Positions 22,756 to 35,759 of a DNA stretch of 64,000 bases are shown piece after piece. The DNA lies in assembly GCA_964016885.1 (NCBI GenBank), contig OZ024742.1, positions 274,288,001 to 274,352,000 of the forward strand, given 5' to 3'. A program made the translations under genes and the position numbers. Position 1 is the stretch's first letter. Every line of letters begins with the position of its first letter. Below the pieces are notes generated by a model. It was given only the letters and a program-made list of their open reading frames with translations, ran no database searches and was not told where the DNA came from. Source of the DNA: Eledone cirrhosa (taxonomy: Eukaryota).

Positions 22756-25403
22756 GAACCAAATAAATATATATATTTAAAAAAAAAATAAGACTCCAGT
22801 TGCATTTTCGATTTCATCTCTTTTTCTTTATACTTTCACTCGTGTAAGACACCTCGGTTATTTTTCAATTTGTAAAAAAACCTCACTTTCTAATATATAC
22901 CCACCACACGAAGACCGAAAATGCCACCAAAGTCTCAACAAAACAACAACTCACTGAACCAGGACATCTTAAATGAACTCAAAGAGATTTCCTCTAAACT
23001 CTCAATTTTGACCAACAAAGTGGACCAAATACACATCTATAAAAAAGCACCCCACGAAGAAACAGAAAATACCCAAGAGACGAATATTACTCCAGTATTA
23101 ACTAAGCTAATCTAAACCATTGAAACAGCAATGCTCCAAAAGCTGGAACAACCGTTATAACCCAATCTACGAGATGTCCACTCAGTGAAAAACACCCTAA
23201 TCAACATATGGACTCAAAAGCTCACAGCCCGCAAATACGCCCTTTGGAATCTCCTAAAAAATAATGGCACGGCAGACATATATGAAAAGTGGCTAAACTC
23301 TACCCCAATCATCCTCCCCAAAAAACTCCAAATAAAACGCATCCCGAATGAACCAGAAAACCAACAAAGACTTATGGAAAAGATGGCGTTGGAAAATTTA
23401 AAACAGAAATAGAACTGTTGCGATTAAGAGCCAACTCCAACGAAGAAAAATTCAAGTCACTCGACCAACAGATGGACACAGAAATCTCAAAACACTCTGA
23501 AGGCCTACTCTACAAAAAAAACCTAAAACTTTGGAAAGAAAACTGTGAGGATGAAGAACTATCATCCCTCCAGCGATGGGAAAAAAACGCCACCTGGTTC
23601 AACAACTACGAAATGGACTTCAAAAATGAACAACATACAGGTAACCCATTTTTAAAACAAACTAAAACTCACACACCACATGCACAACAAATAACAAAAA
23701 AAGTAACAAAACGTCCAACATACCCCCAGCAAACTATAACGATAATCCCAGAAACCATAGACAAAACTATAACCCTACTAACAAAAACCGAAGATCCCCG
23801 AACACAAGGCAGGACCCGATCCGCAGATCACAACCCACACAAAACCTATTCCAAAACCGTAGACCCCTGCCCACACAGAGCCTGTTCCAAAACCGTAGAT
23901 CCCAACCCACACAAAGGAACAAAATCTACAACCCGGACGATCAACAAACCGAACCTCAATACGTCCGAAACTTCTATACAAGACAACACAACAACAGGGA
24001 AAATACCATTAGATATAATAATACCATTGAAAAAACATTCCAGAAAAATCATTTTTTAGACCAAGGCTACAGGACTCACGACACCCGGTGGCACAAACCG
24101 ATTTTGAAAAACCGAAAATAATCAACCTTTCAAATACAAACCTCTAAGCCCAACAAGTAAAAATGCTCTCCAAAGGACTGAAATTCACACCAACACCACA
24201 ATACTCTAACCCAAATGAGATAAATGACGATATCTCACACTTCTGTAGAAAATTACGTCTCACAGAGGAATTCTTTGACACGGAGAATAACGACGAATCA
24301 ATCGTACGGAATAAAAGCAGCTACAACCCAACAAAAGGTAGAAACAGAGTTATGGACTAATTTTGTGACCACATAGCTACCTTCCCATACCATGAACTAC
24401 CGCAACCTAAACCCAAACCCAACACGAGTCGAAGGGAATGGGAGATTATCCATGAACTAAAAAAACAATACGGACATTATAATTGAGGAAGCGGACAAGG
24501 GAAGTACTGTTGTCATTATGGAGGCTGAAAAATATAAAAATTCTATGTTCTCTCTATTAAAAATACTAATTACTATGAAAGAGTAAAAAACTACCAGCAA
24601 TCAAAAATAATGACCAGATTAAACACACTGATTTATCGATACCAGGAAGACCTAACTAAAAAGGAACGCGATTATTTAACAAATTTTGAATACAAAACCA
24701 GCAACCTTTACGGACTTCCGAAGATCCACAAGTGTAAAATAATTAACGATGCCTGTAAACAATCCACCTCAGCCTGCGTGAACACACAATACCCCACAGG
24801 CCTTAAATTAAGACCAATCGTAGCGGGCCCACAATGTGAAACACACAGACTGAGCAACTTTATAGACATACTACTGAAACCAATTCTCAAACACATACCA
24901 AGACTTGTAAGAGACGATCTGGACCTCTTAAACCACCTCCCCAAACATGTCAACAACGACACTATTATTGTGTCTTTCGATGTAGTGAATCTCTACACAA
25001 CGATCCCACACCAATACGGACTAGGAGCAATAGGATTCTGGCTAGAGAAATATCCCAATGAGATACCTGACAGAATAGAAAAAAGCTTCATCACCGAGGG
25101 ATTAAAATTCAGAACAACTTTTTTGATTCCGATGGCAATACTTACAAGCAAATATCGGGGACTGCGATGGGTACAAAAGCCGCTCCAACTTATGCCAACT
25201 TAGTCATGGCATACTTAGAAGTCCAGATGTATGAACAGTCCAAATCAAAATACAGATTGAACTTCCACAAATATTTATCAGAGAATCGGAAATGGCTACA
25301 TGGATGATTGCCTCTCAAAACTGAGAAGGCGATCAAGAATCCATTAACGACCTAAGCCAAAAATCAAGTCAAGCTAGACAGGTCAGACAAAATAAGTGAC
25401 ATA

Positions 25404-25445
<42 letters not shown>

Positions 25446-25486
25446 CGAAACATAAGTCAATTGGATGAACTCATAATCCATTATTT

Positions 25487-25542
25487 ACTGGTATATATAT
25501 TTCGATGATAGCCATTGAATGGCTATGACCTCATCAGGCAGT
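25487..25542 (-). ncRNA. Hammerhead, duplicate of 20577-20632
   Basis: Identical core and stems. Confidence 0.7.
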
Positions 25543-25627
25543 TAGTCAGTCCTTAGATATGCCAGCTCTGTGCTTATAGTATTGATGGTATCAGAGCCTT
25601 GGGACATATCTACATATATATATATAC

Positions 25628-25913
<286 letters not shown>

Positions 25914-26690
25914 ACACACAACCCAAGAAATGCGGAAGCTTACAACACTATTCACATGAACATCCCACTACTAAAACAAAACCCAAGAATGAAAAAACCC
26001 TTGAAACACACAAAATAATCAAAAGCAAAAGACAACCAAAATCACTGAAAACATTACTCACCAATGCCAAATTACCTACCACAAACCCACAACCAAGTAT
26101 AAAAAAATGTGGTCGCTCTAATTGTGGAACCTGCACTCACCTCATTGAAGGCAACACGTATACATTTAAATCAGGACAAAATTTTACTGTAAAAAATCAC
26201 TTCACTTGCTCATCAAAAAATCTACTTTATGCCATTAAATGTAAATGATGCAATGAAGATTATATAGGACAAACTAAACTCACACTCAGAAACAGAATGA
26301 CAGTTCATCGCCAACAATTACGAGATCCAACCACGAGACAGATACCACTAAGTGCACATCTAGACATTTGCGCAAGTAATAAGACACCCAAATTCCAAGT
26401 CTTCCCATTTTACCTTTGCGCTAACAATACAACAGAACAAATACGAATAAATAAGGAAAATATGTTTATTCAAAGATATAGACCAGCATTAAATATGGTT
26501 TAATATACATTATGTCAACACCATAATATGACATACACAAACACACCTAACACCTTCTACTTTAGAAATAAAAACCCGAACTAAATAAACCTTAACATAC
26601 GTTTGCACTGATAATACAACAGAACAAATACGAATAAGTAAGGAAAATATCTTCATTCAAAAATATTCCTACTAAAGGTATCATTTTCCT

Positions 26691-26721
<31 letters not shown>

Positions 26722-27548
26722 ATATATATATATATATATTCTCTTCATCTTAACATGGTAACCATACTCCCCCACACATAACACCCATACACACACATAA
26801 CAATCCCCACACCCACAACTCTCTCCCCCATTTCTACTAATAGAACCACTTTCCTACACACATATATACACACACACAAAATATATATTCTCTCCATCTT
26901 AACATACTCGCACACACACACATAACACACATATACACACACACACAACTCCCTCCCCCATTTCTGCTAATAGAATCATCTTCCAATACACACATACACA
27001 CACACACACTGACACACACTCACACACACACACACAAGCACACAAATAAACATACATATCTTTACTTTCTTTATTCAATAGAAAATCTGAATTCTGACAC
27101 CCCAGCGAACTAACCATATTCACTGAACCAGAACCATTCACCCATCCCATTTCTCTTGACCATTATCTTTTACTTATCATAAAATTCTATAAAAAGGCTA
27201 CAGAATGGATTTCCAAATAAGGGCGCGAAAATTTAACGAAAACTTGTTCACGTGACAGCTATAATTTCATTTATAACCAATAAAAAAAATCCTTTGTGAG
27301 CCCCTTTTTTCAAGTAAAAAGAAATTCAAACACTCATATATGAAAAAACAACCTGTGACACCCCCCTCTTATTTGAAGAACTATTGTAACGCGAACTGGT
27401 GCGATATTTATTATAATTATTGTCCTACCAATCAAATTACTTCTCGAAAAACCTGGCGTTTCGAGCCACTTTTTTTCCATATAAAACAAGTTACATTCAA
27501 AGACCAACCAGATGTGAGAAAAACCACAGACCCTCCATCTCAACTCTA

Positions 27549-27584
27549 CTTTTGAAAAGCAGAAGAACTGCGAAACCGGTAAAG
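27549..27584 (+). ncRNA. Minimal hammerhead with U3:A8 core in the PLE pseudo-LTR
   Basis: CTT-TTGAAAA-GCAGaagaaCTGC-GAAA-CCGG-TA-AAG, with palindromic ACCGGT. It lies about 70 nt before the (TA)n junction. Confidence 0.7.
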
Positions 27585-27647
27585 GAAACAAATAAATATA
27601 TATATTTAAAAAAAAAATAAGACTCCAGTTGCATTTTCGATTTCATC

Positions 27648-27713
<66 letters not shown>

Positions 27714-27716
27714 CAA

Positions 27717-27849
27717 ACCTGGACTGTTGGAATTGATGGTAAAATCCAGTACAGAGTTTCTGCGACACCTAAATCACTAACACTGTCTGCTTAAAACAAT
27801 AAACTTTTGTTATAATGATCGAACGAGGAATATCACGTTATCAACAGGT
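27717..27849 (-). ncRNA. Hammerhead with U3:A8 core, expanded stem II (about 77 nt) and stem III (about 33 nt)
   Basis: Minus strand ACCTG-TTGATAA-cGTGATA...TGTCGCa-GAAA-CT..TGGA..TCCA..AG-TC-CAGGT. Confidence 0.65.
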
Positions 27850-28349
27850 ATTTTGTTCTGCACGAGTGTTGTAGATGACATAGTGTTTTGTGTGCAAGTG
27901 TGAATGTGTTTTAGGGTCGCGTGCATACGAACTATTATTGAGGAGTTTATATGAATGCATAACATATATGTATGTGTAGATAAATGAATCCAAAGACGTT
28001 TATACTTCCGTGTGTGTGTGGGTGCCTCTGGGTTGTATCTCTTTTGATAATTGGTTGGTCCGAGAAATATAGACCAATAATACAAATATTGGTTGAAATA
28101 TTACAATATAATTATTGAAAACTCCATCCAAATATGCTGAGCGTTTGAAGCATCATTTAACTTAATTACGTTCGATTAGTCGAACGCGTTTGATTAATAT
28201 CGTGATAAATACAAATCTATAAAAGCCATGATCAATACATTTTTCAATTTTGAGTGGCTATAGTATATTTTGTAATTTACTTTCTTGTATAAAAAAATAT
28301 ATATATGTTATTAGGACAATGGGATTGATGAGATAATATCTGTATACAA

Positions 28350-28740
28350 CAACTACAACTGTGCGCGATGAGTCAAACCCACAGCCACGGCAGACAGAAT
28401 GGTGAAGGCGTTTCGCCGGAGGAGGACGGCAAAGGGAGACGCGCTGGAAAAGCCACCCCAACTCGCGGGGCTCACACCTGCGGCTGGCCAGCTCAGCGCC
28501 TATGGTGGTGAGTAAGGAGGTAGCCCTGGGGCCGAGGACACCAGAAGTCCCCACTGCCAGGGGTACGACCGCAAACCTGTCGGAGAGCGACCGATATTTG
28601 AGGAGTTTGGTCACCTCAGCCCGACGTGCAGCAGAACCTGGGTCAGTCGCAGACTGCACCAGGTTGCGGCTGCAGAAAGTGTCGGTGCAAGTGGCCTCCC
28701 AGACGAGGGGTTTGCCACCGCGGAACGGGAAGATGGTTAT
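28350..28740 (-). pseudogene. 3' fragment of a CRE-like non-LTR element (restriction-like endonuclease)
   Basis: PFRGGKPLVWEATCTDT...AARRAEVTKLLKY..FAVVPLAV.TSGVLGP..LFQRVSL. Confidence 0.65.
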
Positions 28741-28965
28741 AAAATAAAAATTAAAATATTATTTTATTATAAGGAATTTGTTTTGGTATGACAAAAGTGT
28801 CCTATAGCTCACACTACACATGAGTGGAGACCTTAAATGTTATTATTAAAAGAAAAAAATATTTGTTATCCATTATGTCACACATCTTCATGCACCAAAA
28901 TTGAATGAAGGTTGACCTGATTTTTTACTTGGCAAAATGTTGATAAGAATAGTCACGAGCAGAGT

Positions 28966-29158
28966 TAATTGTTTCTACTTTTGGTACAAACCCAGCAATA
29001 ATCTCCAGTGCATTACTGGTACTTTATTTTATCGACGCCGTAAGGATGAAAGGCAAAGTTAACAACGGCGGGATTTGAACTCAGAACGTAAAGGGCCATA
29101 ACTCAATGCTGCAAAGCATGGTGTCTGACGCTCTTCGGATACTGCCAAACCACCACCC
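28966..29158 (-). mobile_element. tRNA-derived SINE (diverged)
   Basis: Reverse complement of the family consensus. Confidence 0.85.
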
Positions 29159-29549
29159 TGTTGAAGTTTTCTTATAATTGTTTTCTAATAATGATAGGTA
29201 CAGCTTGTCTTTCATTGACATTAAGTAGTCAGTAAATAGCAATTATATTACTAAATAACATCTCGGTGTAATGCAGAGAATTAATGAGCAGGAATACCAA
29301 AACAAAATGAAAGTCAGTATACCTTTTGAACCAAGCCTTTTTATATTTCCTCCACACAAGCGAAAGCTTAGTCGGGCAGTGAAGAGAAGCAACTATAACC
29401 ATATTACAATTGCTAGAAACGTTGCTGAATAACTTATACTTTGACGCTAAACACTACCAGTTGCACACTGCGCATCAACAATATATTTTTCTCTACAAAG
29501 TTCGGTCACCGCCAGCAGAGATTAAGAGAGAAAAAATCAAGTCCAGTCC

Positions 29550-29990
29550 ATAAGTTGATATTATCAAGACCTCGGTTTGGCTACCGGTTTCTGCTTCTCT
29601 TACCAGCCAACCTTCCTTCCAGGCATAACCTACTCGCACCAGGAGTTGAGTTTTTCATAGGACCGTTTAGTTTGAGAACTATTAACTTGACAATTGATGT
29701 AATATGTCTAAGTCTGGTAACGTTGAGCAGTTCCCTGATACAGATACGGTCGCTGAGACGCTTGCCAGTCATAAGTCTCATGATGTGGTTCTGGAATGTA
29801 GAGTGCTCCTGGGGTGACCTTGTCGTCCAATTAACACAATCAAGACCATATAACACAACTGGTAGGATGTAAGTAACGAAGATCTTAGCATTCAAATGAT
29901 AGGAAATTGGTTTGATGTTAGTACTTGCTTGTTCTTGTTGACAGCTGCCCAATCTAGAGTGATGCGATATTGCGCATCAACCATTCCATT
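29550..29990 (-). pseudogene. RTE-like LINE C-terminal fragment
   Basis: KIFVTYILPVVLYGLDC..FQNHIMRLMTG..DRI..LCLEGRLAGKRSR. Confidence 0.65.
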
Positions 29991-30094
29991 GCTGAGTAAA
30001 TGTTAGTATAATCCACCATTTTTAGGTTATACGTAGACATGACTGGTCTATGTGGTGATAGCAAAGTGGGCTTCATTTAATATACTGATATAAA

Positions 30095-30280
30095 GGTGGT
30101 GAATTGGCAGTATCGGTAGAGGGTCGGACGCCATGCTTTTGAACCATAGAGTTACGAGCCTTTATTGTCTCAGTTCAAATCCCGCCGAGGTTAACTTTGC
30201 GTTTCATCCTTAAGGGGTCGATAAAATAAAGTACCAGTAATGCACTGGGATAATTACTAGCCTTGTGCCAAACGAAGAAA
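30095..30280 (+). mobile_element. tRNA-derived SINE
   Basis: A-box-like TGGCAGTATCGGT, B-box-like GTTCAAATCC and the family body. Confidence 0.85.
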
Positions 30281-30479
30281 TACATACACTGATCTAGCCG
30301 AGTTTGAGTTAAGTGAAATGCCTTGAAACGTGTCGAGGTAACAATTCAAGAACAGAGCCAATCCTAATTATAATATTTCGGCCAATCGAAAGTTATGCTA
30401 GAACAAGCATAGATTGCCGTGAAGAGGGATCGAAACTTAAAGCTCTAAACCTTGAGACGAATATTGGAACCCTGCATCA

Positions 30480-31050
30480 GGCCATGTCATTGGTAATGCA
30501 AAACATGAGTCAAAATCGCAGCAACATCGGCTCGATTATGAAGCACATACTGGAACATTCCAGCTGGATGACCAAATTCTGGAAATCGTAGGCAGCCAAA
30601 CCTAACCTGACAGAAGCCTCACTAGAGATGGCTACTCAAAGACAGATATGGTAAAGCTACCTGTATTGTTCAACTCCACCATTAAGCAAGACGGAATACT
30701 CCACATGTATAAATCAACTATAGATGTATTCCTACAGATGTATTACACAGAAGTTGCGTTAGCAATATTCTCATAATTTTATGGCCCGATACTATCACGA
30801 ATTTACTGGACATAGAAAGGACCAGGCTGAGTATACTCTGCAATAAGACCAGTGTACTATCTTGGAAGTTGCTATGATCTGAGCAACGTATGCCCCAGAA
30901 GAGAACAGTGAGAGTCTTTCTTGAATAGACGGCATAAGAATCGTGCAGACAGTAAGGCAGATTCGTCAAGGCGTTTTTGAATTATGTGAACGAAGACCTA
31001 GTAGACATTGGCCTTAGCGAGAGGCAGGATCTTGTTACGGTTTGCAAGTG
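30480..31050 (+). pseudogene. Highly degenerate RTE-like C-terminal fragment
   Basis: Weak RTE-like residues (RILIILWPDTITN; ..VNEDL..GL) with many stops. Confidence 0.35.
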
Positions 31051-32713
31051 CGCACTAAAGGGATTCCGCCGTTTGCAATGTTTCTATTATTAACATACAT
31101 GCAATTGTTTGGACAGTACTATCTTAGATTTGTGCTTTTTAAAAGTAACTCCTTATCCTAAACAGCAATGGAATTATGAATTTCGCAATAGTATTGAAAT
31201 GATAGATTTATTGCGAAGAATTACTTAAATGATCAACTGTAAATTGATACCTGATAGACATTTTAGGTGTAGCAGCAATTTCTTAAAGTAACAACATAAA
31301 GAGGCCCTAGCTTGCAGTTTTGATTTATACATTTGGTTTGAACATCTATAGAACACCTAGAGAGCATCCATATAGTTTCGAGGAAATGTATAAATATCTA
31401 AAGTTTCAGGTAATTGTTCTTCAAAGAAATGGAGTTGGAGAAAGACATCCAAAGTATATAATTGGAAGAGCGAAATTGAGATAGAAAAGCAGGGAGAGGG
31501 AATGCGTGCGAAAATGCAGAGGCTATTTCAAAGTAACCAATATTGCGAACTAGAAACTGAATATGTAAAGAGGTCGTGTTGATATGCAGAAGAAAGTAAA
31601 GGGGCTTGAGCAAGTGTGAGTGACGAGGGAGATAGTGTAAAGAGAGTACGAAATGGCTAGTATGCGATTGTATAATTTCGGTGAGGAATGGTTACTCCTA
31701 ATAATAATGATCTGTTCCTTTGATTTCAGATGGAAGTAGAATAGGTCGTATATTTATTGCTGAACTATATGGAAATATACAGAGTAAAATATGCAATTCG
31801 ATCTCCTAGTTTAATCAGTTCAAACATAATAATCAAGCAGTAGACTTGAAGGAATAAATATTCAGGCCTATTGAAACTAATTGTTACCTGGTACAGCAAG
31901 TGTAATATTTCATTGCAAGGGGATTAGGAATTAGCTTCAGTGAAAATTGAACTCACAAAATCGATTGACGACATGCAGTACTAAATAGAAATACATTTAT
32001 GTGACATTCTGAAATATGACTTTACAGAAACTTCAATCAGTACGTATCAATGACATATTTAATAACTGCTATAACTTATAAGAGGAGCCGATCTATCAAC
32101 AAATAGATAACCAATCGTCCTCTTCAGCCCAATGCACACTACTTCCAACTATCCAATGAGACACATGAAAGAAATCGAATCTCGTTTTATAACTAATATC
32201 ATAATGTTATATTGACAAATGAACTCATGGGATTTATGTAATAGTTAATACAATTACGTCATATGTATGTTGTTTTAGACATCCACACACCTGTAGACAC
32301 ACAAACACACACTACAAAAGAACACACACCCATATATATAAATATATATACACATACATATATAAAACACATATATATATATATATGTGTGTAGAAGTTA
32401 TATTTAATTTGTTGGGATACAACAAGAAAATATTTTTATAACCGATATAAAGCACTCAACAAATTATTGGAGTAAAAATACAATATATTAACAAATGGAA
32501 ACTATATTTATAAAACCATATTTATTTCATTATAGTTCATGAACCGCAACAGAAAACTCTACCATACATCTCCACACACAACCCCCTAAAAAATGAAGCA
32601 TTCGACACCGTTTGATTCAGGTTAAATTTGTCAAACCAACATGGTATTTCAACCCTCGTAATTTTAGTCACACGATTTACTGTGTTTATTACTACATATA
32701 TGATATATCTATA

Positions 32714-32752
<39 letters not shown>

Positions 32753-32828
32753 CGAAGGAAATGTGGTAAGGAACCAGGTGGACCATAACGCACCAAAGTA
32801 CTCAATACTTAGAGTAGTAGAGTGGGTA

Positions 32829-32946
32829 ATAGGAACCAGTAAGACCCCGACGGCTGAGCTCAAGCCGTTTCGACGGCTAATTCTCAATTCTGAATTAGCC
32901 GTCGAAACGGCTTGAGCTCAGCCGTCGGGGTCTTACTGGTTCCTAT
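32829..32946. repeat. Perfect 55-bp inverted repeat built from the 3' half of a hammerhead
   Basis: 32829-32883 is the exact reverse complement of 32892-32946, with an 8-nt spacer. Confidence 0.9.
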
Positions 32947-32977
32947 ATATATATATATATATATACAATGAAAACCA

Positions 32978-34135
32978 GGACTTTAGGAAGGCCTTTGATT
33001 CTGTGGACCGACACTGCCTGATGAAGATCTTGCAGGCTTATGGAATCCCCAAGAAGATAATGGACCTTATATCACTGCTCTACACCAACAGCAAAGCCGA
33101 AGTCATTACACCTGATGAGATGACAGAGTTCTTTGAGATACTTGCTGGAGTGCTCCAAGGAGAAACATTGGCTCCCTACCTTTTTATCACCGTAGTGGAC
33201 TATTGGATGCGCCTTGCACTGGAGAAACACCAGGACTCTGGCTTTACTGTAGCACCGGCACAGATCAGAAGAGTTAAGGCGAAGAAGATATCGGATACTG
33301 AATTTGCCGACGACATAGTTTTGGTGACGAATACAGTGAAGGAGGCAGAGGATTTGATGCAGGAGATTGAGACTGTGTCGATGAGTCTGGGGCTGAGAAT
33401 GAATGAGACTAAAACAAAATATCTGGTAGAGAATTTTGAGAAGCCAGAGGGGATTACTAATGTAGACGGGAAGCCGCTCGAATTGGTTGAGGACGTCCTG
33501 TATTTGGGAGCAAAGATTGGGAATACGGAAGATGGTGTGGTTGAGTGGAAGAGCAAAGACTAGGCGGCGTGCCACAGCTTGAGATCGGTGTGGAAGTCGG
33601 ACCTTCGTAAAGACCTGAAAATCCGCCTCTTCATTGCCGTAGTGGAGTCTGTGCTGCTGTACGGGTGTGAGACTTGGAGACTGACAAAGAAACTCACTCA
33701 GATGGTGGATGAGTGCTACACGAGAATGCTGAGGATGGCTGTGAACATTAATCAGTATACACTGAGGATGAAAAACTCAGCGCTTTATGGGAGCCACCCA
33801 AAAGTCAGCTCAAATGTGACACAGAGGAGACTGAGGTTAGCTGGACATGCTCACCGTCATCCAAAGTTGACATTGCACTCAGTACTCCTGTGGGAGCCCC
33901 TACATGAGTTCAATGTCCTTCCTTATCGCTGCCATGTCCTGCGTCTCTAACAGACCAGTATCTGTCCTTAGGGTATCAACATACGTTAATCTTGGAAAGA
34001 GGAAAACCAAGATTAACGTATGTTGATGCCCTAAGGACAGATACTGGTCTGTTAGAGACGCAGGACATGGCAGCAATAAAGAAGGATAGAGACGGCTGGA
34101 GAGAACTCCTCCATGGATCTCGGGAATTTTACCCG
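32978..34135 (+). mobile_element. RTE-clade LINE, 5'-truncated, with an internal fold-back
   Basis: DFRKAFDSV, AGVLQGETLAPYLF, EFADD, ESVLLYGCETW and RRLRLAGH. (TA)n flanks. Confidence 0.9.
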
Positions 34136-34214
34136 CGCTAAATATATATATATATACACACAAATATATCTATCTATATATATATATATATATATATATA
34201 TGATATATTTTCTT

Positions 34215-35757
34215 TAGGCCGTTTTGTAAGCCTCAACAATACAGATGGATAATTCTCCGGGTAACAAGATCCGGTGGTGAAGAGAGAGATGTAAGTGAAT
34301 GTAGAATGAGATGTATAGTGTGTAGAAGAACGTAGGAAAGAGCGTAAAATAATAATAATAATAACACGAGATAGAGTTACCTTGGGAGAGATTTAATTGT
34401 CCCTATATATTTCGGATTTTTTCCGGGGGGGGGGGGATGTTATCTGTCGAATAGGTGCGAAACGTGTCCTCCGCTTTTCGTTGTTTTGAATATCCGAGGT
34501 ATTCAACAGAGTGCGCGTGAGATGGGGTCGGTCAAGTAGAGGTCGGCGGCCGAAATAGTTCTTTTAATTGTGGGAGTGGGGTGGCGTTAACTGTGAATCC
34601 ATTGTATTATCTGCTCGTGCTGGCTTCTGTATTAGCAGTGTTGAATAGTGTGTGGTGGTGGTAGTATTCTCTGCCTGTTTGGTGAATGTTACTGTGTGTG
34701 TGTGTGCGTGTATTGTTGTCTCGCTTGTGTGTGTGCGTGCGTGTGTTGTTGCCTCGTTTTTCTGTATTAGCAGTTAGTATATTCGTATGGTCGAATGCTA
34801 CTATGAGTGTGTGCGTGTGTTGTTGTCTCGTTTGTTTATTTAAACCAACCACCTCATTTCGGTTTTCTCGGATCGGTTATTTATTTGTGGCCCTAGGCGT
34901 TTGATCCAAAGTGCTTACTTGATTCGTAATGTGCCGACGTTTCTTTCCGTCGCTAGAACTGTGACAATGGGCCTTCCGTCTTTGTTTCCGCATTTGGTTA
35001 TGTGTTTGCGGAATGACGAGGCCCTGGCGTTGATCTGCTCCTTGATCCCGATGTGTAGCGGCCGGGTTGTGCTACCTATATAGTAGAGGTTGCACTTGTT
35101 ACATTCTACCTTATACACGAGGCATGTGCGTAGGCAACAGTTCGTATGGTGCATCGGGCAGTTTCTGAAGGAGCATGCGTTAGTCGATTTCCCAGGTTTC
35201 CTGGAGAGGCATCTTCGCAGGGAGGGGCCTGAGTGGGCCAGGTGGATGTCGAGGCCTTCCCTCCGTATAGCCTTGCGGATAGCGTTGGTGGTATTCTCGC
35301 CCAGGTGTGGTATTTTAAGGAAGCACTTGCCTTGGGCGTTTCTCTGCTTCTTGCGTCTGGTGTCTCTTATTCTGTTTGTGAGTGAGGCAGGGTAGCCGTT
35401 CGTCTCGAGCAGTTTGCGGAATCGCTTGGTATGGGTGACACCATTCGCGGGATCGCTGCATCTGTTTTTAATTCGCGTGATCTCGTTCGTGATGTACCCT
35501 CTTTTAGCACTGTTAGGGAGAGCGGACTTGTAGTTGACGAACAGGTCCCTGCAGGCTGTCTTGCGGTAGAAGCTGGAGTGGATCCCTCCCTGTTCCGTGA
35601 TGTTGATTCGGAAGTCGAGGAGGGCAAGTGACCCGTCGTCGCTGGGGTGTTCAGCAACACGGACGAGAACATGGATTTCAGTGTGGAACACCCCAGCGAC
35701 GACGGGTCACTTGCCCTCTACGACTTCCGAATCAAGATCACGGAATAGGGAGGGATC
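34215..35757 (-). mobile_element. 5'-truncated PLE (family of 1782-4612) with 5' inversion
   Basis: EHPSDDGSLALLDFRI and LVYKVECNKCNLYYIGST. An HHR remnant lies near 34401-34435 and the inverted repeat is 35581-35652 / 35686-35757. Confidence 0.85.
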
Positions 35758-35759
35758 TA

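Noticed and set aside
26246-26248. In-frame TGA in GIY-YIG as possible selenocysteine (known in Naiad PLEs)
   Set aside because: The paralogous copy has GGA (Gly), not Cys, at this position, so it is a simple nonsense mutation.
29375-29430. Hammerhead-like GTGAAGA..AGCAA/TTGCT..GAAACGTT
   Set aside because: The core 3:8 pair is broken and stem I is out of register. At best it is a decayed relic.
31060-32530. Possible host exons (AG/GT-like sites near 31266-31409 and 31729)
   Set aside because: The first has stops in all three frames and the second gives only a short frame with no recognisable protein.
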